A DNA stretch of 64,000 bases from Tubiluchus corallicola (lineage: Eukaryota; Animalia; Priapulida), in NCBI GenBank assembly GCA_030141605.1, contig JAQGDQ010000569.1, positions 1 to 64,000 of the forward strand, given 5' to 3'. The notes beneath the pieces were generated by a model, which saw only the letters and a program-made list of their open reading frames with translations, did no database searches and was not told where the DNA came from. This document shows, piece after piece, positions 1 through 12,376 of the stretch; the first letter of the stretch is position 1; each line of letters starts with the position of its first letter. The translations under genes and the position numbers were made by a program.

Positions 1-316
1 AAGTACTCCAGCCACATACATTCTTTATCATTAAAATGTTTGAAGCAGCATGCAATTAGCACAATTTAGCTGCGATTTCTGTGCAAAACTTTTAACAAAC
101 TAATGCCAGTTTTACTTCAGAACAAAATCAAGTAATATGCATGATCTTTGTTAGACCACTTTTTACTAGTGGTTCGAAAACTGGTTTGAAAATCTTTCAA
201 ACTCAATTGGAATTCGATTCGGATTCGAAACACTGAAACTCGATTCAATTTGAATTCGAAAATCACAATTTCGATTCGATTTGAATTCGCTTTCTGGTAG
301 AGAATGCTTACCCCTA
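1..316 (+). mobile_element. hAT-like MITE (TTCGAA-rich family), right part, truncated by window start
   Basis: Ends GAGAATGCTTACCCCTA; colinear with the complete copy at 31257-31626 and the inverted copy at ~62250-62687. Confidence 0.7.
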
Positions 317-1634
317 ATTATTATAGCACTGCACTGCATCAATCAGAATTTCCGTTTGATCTTTCGGCCTGCCCCTAATTTGTCACATTGCCAGCATGTG
401 GGGCACAATGAGCTACAAAAAAAGTAAAGATACTATAATATCGATTTCAAAGAATGATCTTGATCTCAGATAATCCGCATCATGTTTTAATGCTTTTCTG
501 TAGTGAACAATTGTAATTTTTTGAAAACTTTTCTGAGGTGAAGGAAGCCAACACCAACACTACCACAGCACTTCATCATAATAATCATCCATCCATCCAT
601 TTGTACGATATGTCTGGTTGCTTAAGTCCATTTTATGTCATGTCTATTTGCCACTCAAAAATGCTAAGGTGCACACGTACGCTTGTGAAAATGCTACACA
701 GCAGAACACAATGTGGGCTCATAAATACCATAAGATCACTGTTACACAGAGCTAGATATTTAAATGACTTTTTATCTTTTCAGTTTTAAAGTTATACATT
801 TGCCATGCTTCTTCTTTTGACCATTATGTTCATCAATAAGCAGACTGGATGATATTTTCCCTCTACTTACTATAATTATCACCATACAAACACGATTTTC
901 ACGTTCGCACCACTAGTTCCTAACTGTTACGTGCATTCCACCACTTGCTAGTTGGGCAGGCACTGGTGCCTGCATTACACAAAAACATATGCTGTACTTC
1001 TCAATTCAGATTAGTTAGTTTCTGACGAACTACACACATTTGAGAGCTCATGCGTGAGTACAGCGGTAAATTTGAAATGTGAATTTTATCTTAAAACATG
1101 CCTATAGTTTCAATACAACACACTCAATATCTTACAGTAGCACTGTACTTCAATTTTGGCTTTCGCAAACACGTGCAACAAGCTCGTAGAAAACTTTTGC
1201 TGTTGAAAATTATGTTAATTTGTGATGTCATCAATGGTTGAGCTCACCCACCATCAATTGATCAGAAATGCATTTGCAGCATTAATTGTGTTAGCATGTA
1301 TGCTTTTTATCGGACTTGAAAATGGGGTAGTATACGAAAAATCATCCTTTCTTCCTTTAATTATTATGTGTTCTGCTGTTTCAACATCTTTACCACATTT
1401 ACAGAGTCTTTTCTATGCAATAATATACTTTCCAAGCACACGGGGATTTGCCAACACTTCTACTGCATTGACCTTGATTTTGACCCCACTGAGCGATCTC
1501 GTATAACCTCATTTTTTACTTTGCCATCTGCCTGAAACTATAAACAGGAAAATATAACGAAATGGTGATTAGTACCACGTGTAATTTTACACGAAATTTT
1601 GATATATCTTTACAACTTATTGCTACAGCTACAT

Positions 1635-1857
1635 GAGGAAAGAGATGTCAGAAAGACAAAGAGAGTGACTGAGTGAGAGAAAAAGAGAGAGTGAGAAAGA
1701 GAGAGAGGGGAAGAGAGAGAGACACACACAGAGAGAGAGAGAGGGGGGAAGAGAGAGAGAAAGAGAGAGAGAGGAAGAGAGAGGGGGAAGAGAGGGAGAG
1801 AGAGAAAGAGAGAGAGAGAGAGGGAGGGAGGGAGGGAGAGAGAGAGAGAGAGAGAGT
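1635..1857. repeat. (GA)n-rich microsatellite
   Basis: Imperfect GA/GGGA repeats seen directly; they explain the low-complexity ORFs at 1610-2017. Confidence 0.9.
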
Positions 1858-2356
1858 TTGGGGGTTTATTTTTCGAATCGGGCCCATCGCAAGGAACGGG
1901 GGGGGGGTGAAAAACCTCCAAAAATGGCCATTTTTCGGCCGTTTTTTTATTGCAAAACCTATACCGCTGAGATCTAAAGAACGGGAACGGGCCATGGGTG
2001 GTGCTGGCTATGGATAGATAGCCCGTTCAGCGGTGGGTGTAGTAGGCATATTTAGAATTCGCGAGAGGGCCGCGGCGTTCTGCAACAGGCGTTTTTCCGG
2101 ACCCAATTCGCGATTTTTTCGAAATTTTGGTCAAACAGCCTGCAGAAAAAAACGTTCTAGCGGTGCCTGGTGGGACTCTCGGAAGGAGATATACGGCTCT
2201 TTAGAAAGAGGAAGAACAGGGCTACACGATGATGTGGGCTAAATTTTAGGACACGTCCACTGAGAAAAGTAGCGAGGAGTTAATTAGATGTTCTGTTTTC
2301 CGCAATTTTCTCTTAGAAAACTGCTGACGCAAAGCCATTGTTTTGACGTCATCCTG
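1857..2356. mobile_element. Dispersed non-autonomous element (Helentron/HINE-like family), copy 1
   Basis: High similarity to 8620-9110 (e.g. GGTGGTGCTGGCTATGGATAGATAGCCCGTTCAGCGGTGGGTGTAG) and, inverted, to 9410-9660. Family class inferred from the ACTAGC..CCCG terminus of other copies. Confidence 0.6.
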
Positions 2357-3339
2357 ACGGGGCATTTGCTAGAGACAAATTACTTCTGTAGGTATTTTAC
2401 ATCATATCGTTTAGTATATTGTTTATAAGGATACCAACAGCTTCATGCAGGTTTTTTATCTATGTAAACTAAAAATTAAATATTACGATAGTGTAAAATT
2501 ATCAGAATTTAGTTTGCTAGACACCTGTTGGGTCAAAAATAATTATACGCATATCAACAGCCCTCGATTACGCAAGGTATTGTGACGTCGACAGTAAAAT
2601 TCCAAAACAAGTCTTGCATTTTTGTATAAAGCTCTTGTCAATTGTGAGATGTATAGTCATAATGCTTTGACAATAAAAAATGTTGACTATTATTACTGCG
2701 TGGTGCAAACGAGAAATTGCAACTAAAAAACTAATTTTATCGAGATGGTATCTATTGAAACTGTTTGTACAAATTTGATAATATACATAAATGAATTTTG
2801 TACACTATAATTGTTAAGAAAAAACAGGTGGATAAACTACAATTTAGGCTAGTGAAAAAAGTTTATCAAATCGTCAGTCAGTTTGCATTTTTTTAAACTT
2901 TGTGGCATTTCTCAATAAACATTTAAACGGAATATCATACTGTCATTGCTTTGATGGGTGAAATGAACAGTGACAAATGAACAGACGCGATCGTATGAAA
3001 CAAATATAAGATACTAGTTCAGCGGTTCCGAAGATACAAGATATATATAATATACATATAACTCATATGACTTATCACAATAACATGATTGCATAATATG
3101 ATTGCAAGAACATATATGAAGAAAAACAAAAGAAGAAATCAGAAAAGAAAAAAAAAGGATTTTACAAAAATTAAATCAAAAATACCAAACGTGATTTGAT
3201 AGCATAAAAAGTTACCAGTGAAGAAAGTTAAATATCTGTGATTTGTCAAAATTATCAATTAAATCCAACTGTGCCACATGTAGCAGCATAAAGAATGGTG
3301 CAATACCCAAAGTGCATTAGTTATGAATCAAATTCTGTG

Positions 3340-3500
3340 TTCCTGTGCCTGAGAAGATCACTTCGCTGAGAAAATGATTTGTCACACAAGTCACATTTGT
3401 GATGTTTCACAAAGGAAGAACGTTCATGTGCCCGAGATCACCTCATTGAGAAAATGATTTGTCACATAAGTCACATTTGTCGGGTTTCATTCCAGTATTA
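3340..3500 (-). pseudogene. Two decayed zinc-finger units downstream of the stop codon
   Basis: Minus strand reads ..TGMKPDKCDLCDKSFSQ*GDL.. and ..HKCDLCDKSFSQRSDLLRH.., same 84-bp unit with a stop and indels. Confidence 0.75.
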
Positions 3501-3557
3501 CTACGCTGTGGCAATTCTAACATGCTGACTCACTGTAATGTTTATGTTGACTCATTT

Positions 3558-4457
3558 CTATGTGGTATGAGTGTTCACGTGCTTGAGAAGATTACCTCGC
3601 TGTGAAAATGATTTGTCACATAAGTCACATTTGTAGGGTTTCAATCCAGTGTGAGTGTTCATGTGCTTGAGAAGACTACCTTGCTCAGAAAATGATTTGT
3701 CACATAAGTCACATTTGTGGGATTTCATTTCAGTATGTGTGTTCATGTGTGTGAGAAGACTACCTCGTTGAGAAAATGATTCGTCACATAAGTCACATTT
3801 GTGAGGTTTCCTTCCAGTGTGAGTGTTCATGTGACTGAGAAGATGACCTCGCTGAGAAAATGATTTGTCACATAACTCACATTTGTGAGATTTCATTCCA
3901 GTATGAGTGTTCAAGTGCATGATAAGACTACCTCGCTGAGAAAATGATTTATCACATAACTCACATTTGTGGGGTTTCATTCCAGTGTGAGTGTTCATGT
4001 GCGTCAGAAGATAATCACGGCGAGAAAATGATTTGTCACATAAGTCACATTTGTGGGGTTTCATTGCAGTATGTGTGTTCATGTGCCTGAGAAGATTACT
4101 TCGCTTAGAAAATGATTCCTCACATAAGTCACATTTGTGGGGTTTCATTGCAGTATGTGTGTTCATGTGCTTGACAAGACTACCTCGCTCAGAAAATGAC
4201 CTGTCACACAAGTCACATTTGTGGGGTTTCATTCCAGTATGAGTGTTCATGTGCATGACAAGACTACCTTGCGGAGAAAATGATTTGTCACACAAGTCGC
4301 ATTTGTGGGGTTTCATTCCAGTGTGAGTGTTCATGTGCGTCAGAAGATAATCACGGCGAGAAAATGATTCGTCACATAAGTCACATTTATGGGGTTTCAA
4401 TCCAGTATGAATGTTCATCACGGTGGGAAAATGATTTGTCACATAAGGAGGAGACAC
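3558..4457 (-). CDS. Terminal exon of a C2H2 zinc-finger protein, 10 tandem fingers
   Basis: Ten 28-aa units C-x2-C-x3-F-x5-L-x2-H-x3-H with TGMKPHK-type linkers. Polypyrimidine tract and acceptor (ttttggatacag) immediately precede 4457 on the minus strand. Upstream exons not identified. Confidence 0.9.
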   Translation of the reverse strand: MSPPYVTNHFPTVMNIHTGLKPHKCDLCDESFSRRDYLLTHMNTHTGMKPHKCDLCDKSFSPQGSLVMHMNTHTGMKPHKCDLCDRSFSERGSLVKHMNTHTAMKPHKCDLCEESFSKRSNLLRHMNTHTAMKPHKCDLCDKSFSRRDYLLTHMNTHTGMKPHKCELCDKSFSQRGSLIMHLNTHTGMKSHKCELCDKSFSQRGHLLSHMNTHTGRKPHKCDLCDESFSQRGSLLTHMNTHTEMKSHKCDLCDKSFSEQGSLLKHMNTHTGLKPYKCDLCDKSFSQRGNLLKHVNTHTT

Positions 4458-4748
4458 CTGTATCCAAAAGAAAGGAAAACCAAAATTTACAGTTAAAAAT
4501 GCAATATCCTTATTGAATACTATTATTAAGACTATGTAACAGGTTTACGATTTAAGAACAGCATCTAGAAACATTAGTTTATTGACACAAAAGCAACTTG
4601 CGATTACAAATGTCTACGTATAGAATTTACAATTCTACACTTTTGAATGTTAGTAAGTAAAAACAGAGCAAATAGCCAAGAAATAATTTCATTTTCTGAC
4701 CATTTTTGCTCATTTATCCTTTCCTTATTTCTTCCTTTTTTGTACGCC

Positions 4749-4957
4749 TTATACAAAGTCGGTGTGGTTACAGTAATGCAAGGGTGGCAATTGTCCCTCT
4801 GCCTCCCCCACCCCCTGTTATACAAAGTCGGTGTGGTTACAGTAATGCAAGGGTGGCAATTGTCCCTCTGCCTCCCCCACCCCCTGTTATACAAAGTCGG
4901 TGTGCTTACAATAATGCAAGGGTGGCAATTGTCCCTCTGCCTCTCCCACTCCCTGTT
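4749..4957. repeat. 69-bp tandem repeat x3
   Basis: TTATACAAAGTCGGTGTG...CCCCCTG units start at 4749, 4818 and 4887. Confidence 0.9.
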
Positions 4958-5782
4958 GCTTTTACATGAACTTTAAATTACTAAGCAAAAGTATCAAAAT
5001 AATCTACCAATTAATTAAGTAAAAATTCAGCTAAACTTTGGAGCTTGATCGTTCACGCAGCTGCTTTTACTTGGCTGGAATAAGGACTGATACGATTTTT
5101 GATCGATTTCCAACCTGAATTGTTCGCAAACTCGGCCAGCGAACAGCTCGGTTGCCGCGGTCACCTCGCATCACTGAAGAAGCTTCCTACATACCGTTTG
5201 CACTGACTGTGTAGCAATAATCCATAAATATATGGGTAAAAGTACAGAAAAGTACAGGTCTAGATACACCCTCAGTCTGACTCAAGTCAAGTCAGGCTAT
5301 CAGGGACATTGGATATAAGGGACGGTTTTTTCCGGTCCAGAGGTGTCCCTTATATTGAATATAAGGGACTGTATGTAACAATTAAACAAGCTTATTAATT
5401 AATAAAAAAGACAGTCGCCATCTAATGAATAAGAGGTAAGCGAATGAATAGTAATAATAACATTATCAATTTAACATATTGTCAGGGCGTATTAACCAAT
5501 AGGCTAACTAGGCTATAGCCTAGGGCACCAAAGTTTGAGGGGCGTTACATTTTAGAAAATATTCTTTAACTCCTCGGAAAATGTGTATACTTTCATATTC
5601 ATGTAAAGGACATATTTCATAACACACCACAGGCAGCTACTGAGCAAAGATTTTATATAAGTGCCACATAATGAACAACTGCAACGTATTACACAACAAG
5701 CAGTTGCGCAATATGCTTCAATATAAGTCAACATCTATGTTATAATTACTCAGCACTACGCTTAGCTGTTTGAAAGACTTAA

Positions 5783-6390
5783 AGGACAAGAAAAGGGGCA
5801 CCTGAAGTAGGTTTCAGAAAAATTGTCTTAAAAAATTATATTACTTTACGGTAAATTTATGCACATCGTATTTGTGTTGAATGCAATTTTTGTTTGTTTG
5901 CATTTCAAATCTCCCGCAATACTGTTCCGACGGTGCCATTACATGATGTCACTACGTCACGTAAATCAGGGGAAGAAAAGGCAATGTTAAATTATGACCG
6001 AAAAAACTTTCCATGCAAACCTATATTACTCAGCATTTCATTTACCGATTGTAAAAACTATGCAACTAAAATAATAATGTAAAATGTTTGTGCCAATTGG
6101 TAAATGTCGCTGACTCACCCTCCAGGGTGCGCCACTCACTAGCCAAAAATGTATTTTTAATCTTATTGACAAGATACAGTAATTTAAAATTTTACTTAAT
6201 TAGCAACATGTATGCCACGAATGCTCTGATTATTTTTTCAAACTTTACTCAGTGTTATCTAAACTTGTTCCAAATGATTTATCTTGAAAATGGCTGCGTC
6301 TAACAGTCATCGCTGGAGGTGAAATTTACATGTTTTATACAGCGTTACTGCCAATGCAAACCATGCATATAAAAAGGTACTATGTAAGTG
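5783..6390 (+). mobile_element. Kolobok-like non-autonomous DNA transposon copy
   Basis: Starts TTAA|AGGACAAGAAAAGGGG; same family at 13826-14451 (inverted) and 38596-39121. TTAA plus a purine terminus is typical of Kolobok. Confidence 0.6.
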
Positions 6391-6674
6391 GTAGAAAATT
6401 TCGAGACAAATTTTTTAAGCTTTATGTAAGTGGATTGTTTTCTTGTGCTTTAAGTAACTGAAAAAGAAAATTCCTAATAATTTAAAATGTTGGAGCCAAC
6501 TGGTAAAATAGCAGTGCACATAGATTCACCAAAAAACATATTTTTAATCTCACTGTGCACGCCTACTGTACACAGGAATGAAAATGACAAATTGCAAAAA
6601 ACTCTGAAACAGGCCACGGCATAGGTCCCCATGGATGTTAAAGGGGGGCGAAGCCCCCTTGGAGCCAGCAACAA

Positions 6675-7062
6675 ATTGCAATTTTGTGACTACAGAGAGC
6701 CTCTAAGTGGACTTAAAATATCAATTACTTTGTTTCGTACATAATTTAATATACCCAACTATCAAGGATACATGATACCTAATTGTCTCAAAAATGCCTA
6801 AGTACTGGCCGCTCCTATGCAAAAGTATATAAAAACTGTCTGCATTTGACTCTATATTTTTATACATAGAGATATACACGTGTTTACACTGATGTACGTG
6901 ATGTAAACAAAGTGATGGCCTGCCAACTAGCGGTCAGCTTGCGAAATAATGTACTGGGTCCATAAAAATTTTCTCAACGAATTTACGCGATTTACAAAAA
7001 TGGCACTACTGGTTTTCCAAAAACTCCGAATTCCGCGTATCCGCAGAAAATTCTCATCAATG
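6675..7062 (+). mobile_element. Partial copy of the CAGGGATGAGAATT MITE
   Basis: Colinear with 12570-12968, including the GAAAATTCTCATC terminus. Confidence 0.65.
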
Positions 7063-7315
7063 AGTGGAGGGTTTTCTTGTGTTTTAAGTAACTGGAACAG
7101 AAAATTCCTAATAATTTAAAATTTTGGAGCCGACTGGTAAAACAGCAGTGCAGATAGATTCACCAAAAAACATATTTTTAATTTCACTAACAGATTTACA
7201 GACTTTCACTAAGTGTGCCATTTTTTTATTTTGCCACCTTTACCTACTTTTCCATTTGTGCCACAAAGAAAAGGTAAAGACAAAGTCCTGTGTTGGGTGG
7301 CTGGTTGTCCTGCGT

Positions 7316-7500
7316 TAGGCAGCCGAGTGGTTTAGATATCGGACTGCAAGCACGCAGTCTTGAGTTTGATACTAACGCCTGCCAGGGCCAAAGGAATATA
7401 CCCTGCATGTTATTTGTTATACGTGTGTTGTAAATGTAAGTCGCGAAATTTAGGTGTGCTAATGTTGTCTGTTAGATTTTGTCAATGAAAATAATGTAAG
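7316..7500 (+). mobile_element. tRNA-derived SINE head (degenerate)
   Basis: A-box-like GCAGCCGAGTGGTT and B-box-like GAGTTTGATACT; related sequence at 17675-17830 with the same downstream TTATTTGTTAT. Confidence 0.5.
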
Positions 7501-8503
7501 CTTGAAAATCGGCACCACTAATATAATAAACTTAACATTTTTGAAATCCAACTTTTCAAATTTTTGCTTTTAAAACTCCATACTATTGTTGCAACGCCCC
7601 CTCTCGCAAATTACAGCTCCTAGACCATCACCGGGACGCCAACTTATGTTACTTGAAGCATTCAAAGATTTTCCACTTCTGTTATTAATACTAATACTAC
7701 TAGTACTAGTAGTAGTAATACTAAGTAATACTAATAGTCGTACAGAACAGTGAGCAAGTTTCAAGTTCAGGTTTCCGTTCTGACACTTCTCTGACCAGTT
7801 TAGTACTTTAATTAAACAGCAGTACCAACACTTAGTAGCCAAGTTCTCAAGTAACTGAAACGCGGCCAAAAAGAAAAGGCTCCTGGTGCTAATCAGTCTA
7901 CTAGAATTGAATCACATTCTGCTTCAGGACGCAGCCATGATCGCGGACTGAACCGCTACTTGAGACGCACCACTCAATTCCGCTCAGTTCACTTTATTTC
8001 ACCATCAAATGTTTTCGGTGTAAACTAGATACATTTTAACAAATACAATAATAATTATTATACAGAAAATTGAATAGGGCAGACTAAATAAAGTTTGCCA
8101 ATTGCAAATAATACACAGGTGCAGCTACTAATGCGCTGAGATACAAAAGCCGATATTAACATAGAAATAAGAGATACAAAAATTGATTGACAGATATGTT
8201 AAAAACCCTGTGGCTGAGGACGTACGTATTATTATCTAGTCCTATTATTCGTAAACATGCTTTTTGCCCTTTGCTGATTCTACATGTACTATAATTAAAG
8301 CAAAGTACTATATCTAGAGGGCATAATTTACAACTTTTTAAGAAGGGTCGTGCCTTAACACTAGGAGTGAGTATTCTCTACCAGATGTAGGATGAGGACT
8401 ATGTAGGATATTCGCGTATTTTTGATTATACGTGTATTTATACGCAAAATTTTTTGCGGGGCCTTTGCTAGTCGTATATATTAATTCTCTTGGTATATAG
8501 GCC

Positions 8504-8535
<32 letters not shown>

Positions 8536-8619
8536 AGATTTGAGGTTACAGCTCGGATGACCGCACCATTTGTGGCGAACTATATATCAAATAAAAGGTC
8601 CCGATCTAGGTCGTGCCAT

Positions 8620-9660
8620 TGGGGGCTTACCTTTCGAATCGGGCCCACTGGGAGGAACGGGGAGTCGAAAATCCTTCAAAAGTGGCCATTTTCGGTCGTT
8701 TTTTGTAAAAGTTATACGGCTGAGATGTAGAGAACAGGAATGGGCCGAGGGTGGTGCTGGCTATGGATAGATAGCCCGTTCAGCGGTGGGTGTAGCAGGC
8801 ATATTTAGAATTCGCGAGCGGGCCACGGCGTCCCGTAATGGGCGTTTTCCCTGACCCAACTCCGGTTTTTTTCGAAATTATGGCCAAACAGCCTGCCGAA
8901 AAAAACGTTCTGGCGGCGCCTGGTGAAACTCTCGGAAGGAGATATATAGATAGATAGAAAGAGGAAAAATAGGGCTACACGATGATGTGGGCTATATATT
9001 GGGGCACGTATACCAAAAGTAGTACCGACGAGTTAATTAGATGTTTTATTTTGGCAATTTTCGCTTAGAAAACTGTTGATGCAAAGCCATTGTTATGACG
9101 TCATCCATTACACTCTGTCTATAACCTTATAACTTTAATTTAGTAAAAGCTGCTGCTGCTGGCTTTGCGTTATAAATGAGGAATATGTAGTATATTCGCG
9201 TATTTTTGATTATACGTGTATTTATACGCAAAATTTTTTGCAAGGTTTTTGCTAGTAATATTATTATTATTACTAGCAAAGGCCCCGCAAAAAAAATTTT
9301 GCTTATAAATCCACTCATAATCAAATATGCGCAAACATTCCACCTAGTGTTTGTCTGTTTATCTAACGCAAAGCCAGAAGCTTTCACTGAATTAAAGTTA
9401 CAGGCAGAGTATAATGGATGACGTCACAACAATGGCTTTGCGTCAGCAGTTTTCCAAGCGAAAATTGCCAAAAATAGAACATCTAATTAACTCGTCGTCA
9501 CTGCTCTTGATGGACGTGTCCTAATATAGCCCACATCATCGTATAGCCCTGTTCTTCCTCTTTCTAAAGAGCTGTATATTTCCCTTCGAGAGTCCCACCA
9601 GGTGCCGTCAGAACGTTTTTTCTGCAGGCTGTTTGAGCAAAAAAATTTCAAAAAAAATCA
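8620..9660. mobile_element. Two head-to-head copies of the Helentron/HINE-like element (8620-9257 and 9271-9660)
   Basis: ..TTTGCTAGTA-(TAT)n-TACTAGCAAAGGCCCCGC..; arms are reverse-complementary. A further terminal fragment lies at 8390-8472. Confidence 0.65.
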
Positions 9661-9822
9661 CTGGTAATATTTGTTATTTTAGTGTTTCATGGGAGTGGTA
9701 AAGTACGTTAAAATTGCTGTGGAATGTATAAAAGTTAAATAACTGTTATATTATATGAAAATATAATGGTAAATAACCAAATTTAATATTAATTATATTT
9801 TGTTTTTAATAAAGCTGGTTAG

Positions 9823-9990
9823 CATTTTTGGATTGGTTTAATGGACATACACGAGGAGGGTGACTGGAGGTGGTTTGCAACAGGTCGACCTGCTCTTTTT
9901 ACTTCTTGGGATGTAGCAGATGGCCAACCAGATAATTACGGCGATAGCGAAAGCTGCGCCATCTTGCGGGCAAATGGGGACACGTGGAAT
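9823..9990 (+). pseudogene. C-type lectin domain exon fragment
   Basis: HFWIGLMDIHEEGDWRW...WDVADGQPDNYGDSESCAILRANGDTWN: WIGL, QPD and truncated WND motifs. In-frame TAG just upstream; no other CTLD exons seen. Confidence 0.8.
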
Positions 9991-10292
9991 GTGATACAGC
10001 AAAATTCCCGTATATTTGTGAATTCTAGGCGACAAGCTAGATTACTCATCACGGAAATCCGAATTTTTGTCTTTTTTTAACTCGTTCACTACCGTTCTTG
10101 AAAAAGTAAAAAAAAATCGAATCGATATAGGCTAATATTAAACATGTTTGTATACTGTTGTTACTGATTTGTATACTGATTGTTAATAAACGAAACTTAG
10201 TGTGGATTTTACTGGTATTTGAGGACAATTTATACGCATGACTGCGTGTTCCTATGTAGCAAGTTTGCAATTCTTGTATATCACGCGCATCT

Positions 10293-10516
10293 GCTTATAA
10301 ACAATTACGGCGTTGAAAATACCGGTTGTTCAAAACAGGTTGATGACAAGGGTTGTCGTCTGATCACCGAAGTTAAGCAACGAAGAGGGGGGTTAGTACT
10401 TGGATGGGTTACCGACAAGGAATACCAGGTGTTGCAGGTTCAAATAACGTTGAAGACACCGGTTCCCGTCTGATCACCGAAGTTAAGCAACGAAGAGGGG
10501 GGTTAGTACTTGGATG
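10293..10516 (+). pseudogene. Two tandem 5S rRNA-derived sequences (5S pseudogenes or SINE3 heads)
   Basis: CGTTGAA..ACCGGTT..GTCTGATCACCGAAGTTAAGCAAC..GGTTAGTACTTGGATGG occurs twice. First copy has an internal insertion, second is 3'-truncated. Confidence 0.8.
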
Positions 10517-10555
10517 AGTAAGTAAGTAAGTAAGCAAGTAAGTAAGTAAGTAAGC

Positions 10556-10588
<33 letters not shown>

Positions 10589-10800
10589 TGAAAATAAAAA
10601 TAAAGCAAATTCCGAAAGAGCAAATAATTCTCTTCATAACAATCTAAATTTTACCTAAAATTATCTCATTGCTTTGTGCCAAATGATATAAACCAACAGA
10701 CGCGCAACAAAAACGTATGTAGTTTTAATAAAAATAAAATTAAATCTTAACATTTTCAATGTCCTTCCAATGTTTCTTTTAAACTTTGCGCCATCAACAT
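10517..10800 (-). mobile_element. Probable LINE 3' end with (TTAC/TTGC)n tail
   Basis: (GTAA)n(GCAA)n run; the same TTAC tail ends the plus-strand LINE-like remnant at ~32735. Confidence 0.4.
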
Positions 10801-12376
10801 CATCTCTGGAGTCACAGGTTGTCTGTATGACCCTCCAAATCAGTTCACTCCATCTATCCGTCCGTCTAGGGAAATTTGTGGCGAGAGGCGAGTATGGCGA
10901 GATAATCGGAATATAACAAAGTCAGTCTATATGTATATACGCTTTAGTTTCTCTGCGCATTAACCAAGTATAGCAGCATTATCTACATACCGCGGTTATA
11001 TAGATCGACACGCGGTATATGTACAGTATTGATCGATTCACCTCTGAGTTTGTCTGTTTGGCGACATAACGAATATAGTTTACATAAGCACTCATCCTAG
11101 CATGACGTAGCGAGGGTGGCGACTTAACGAGGTAAATATCAAACCAGGAAATCCGTCCTGGTAGTTTCTATGGCGAGAGACGAGTTTGGTGGCATAACGA
11201 GGAGTGAGATAACGACGTTAGACTGTATATAGCTTACAACAGATTGATGATATCGTTAAACACAGCTATGAATATGCACATAAAAAGCCACATATATAAT
11301 GTCACTAATTACTAATTAATATTTTAGTAATGCAGAATTCCCTGTAAAATAATTTAGTGCAAACATGTAACAAGACCAGATAAACATCAATTAAATCAAT
11401 ATTTTATTACCACAATCATATTACACTATTTTTTAATGCTGCTAAAACACTGAAATATATATACTAGTATGTGCCACCTCTTGTAGTAGAAAAAAAGTCA
11501 TAAGAACAGCAGCAGCTGACAAAAAACATTAGAGCTACTTGAAGTACATTAACCCATAATTTTTTTGTCAGGTATTTACCAAGTCAAATTTTTAGTTCCA
11601 AAATGTGACAACAGAATTATTTTATTTAATGTTTTACAGTGTTACAGCATTTGCTTTGTACAATTTTGGCTTTGTCATGGTACATTTTTTGTATGTTCCA
11701 ATGCCAGATATATAATTCTAAGAGCCCATTGTTGGTAAATACATGAGAATATATACTGGTCCAGCAAGACCTATGATTGTTCACATGTGTATAAAAGTCT
11801 CTTTTTCACTGATTTGACCATGCCATGTTTAATTTTACAACCATAACTCTCCATATCTCCGTGAACAGATATTTTTTCATATTGCACTCCCTGATGATGA
11901 AATTTATGTAAAACACCGCGTGTAGCCAAGAGTTGATCTAGCGCCAGTGACGAATAAAAAGGAGTATGTAGGGAGTGACCTCCTTTTTGAACTACTTCTT
12001 ACTGCCCCTCAAATGTCTGTCATTGTAGTGGATAGATATGCACATGAATCTGCAAATTTTTGATGTATTGTACAATGTGGTAAAGGTGGTAAAGGTGGAG
12101 TGTTCATTGAGAAGTTTGGATCTCTCTTCTGCATTAACAAATGTGCCGAGTAGAAAGACTGTGTCGAAGGAAGCTGACAGTACCATTCGGTGCTCCACGT
12201 TTCTCAATTTGAAAGACCAATTAAACATTATGTCAAACTTGAATTTAGCAGAACTTGAACTACTATTAGTTTGATGAAAGAGTTGGTAGAAATACTGGTT
12301 CACTTCAAGGTGTAACGACAAAGACACAGTGTGAAATTGTTAATGGGAAATGAAAAGCCTGGCTAGCTAGTTTTTT

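Noticed and set aside
1610-2017. ERER/SLSL ORFs (also at 44981-45257)
   Set aside because: Translations of GA microsatellites.
7316-7390. tRNA gene (also 17675-17745)
   Set aside because: Boxes are degenerate and I could not fold a clean cloverleaf; shared downstream sequence indicates SINE heads.
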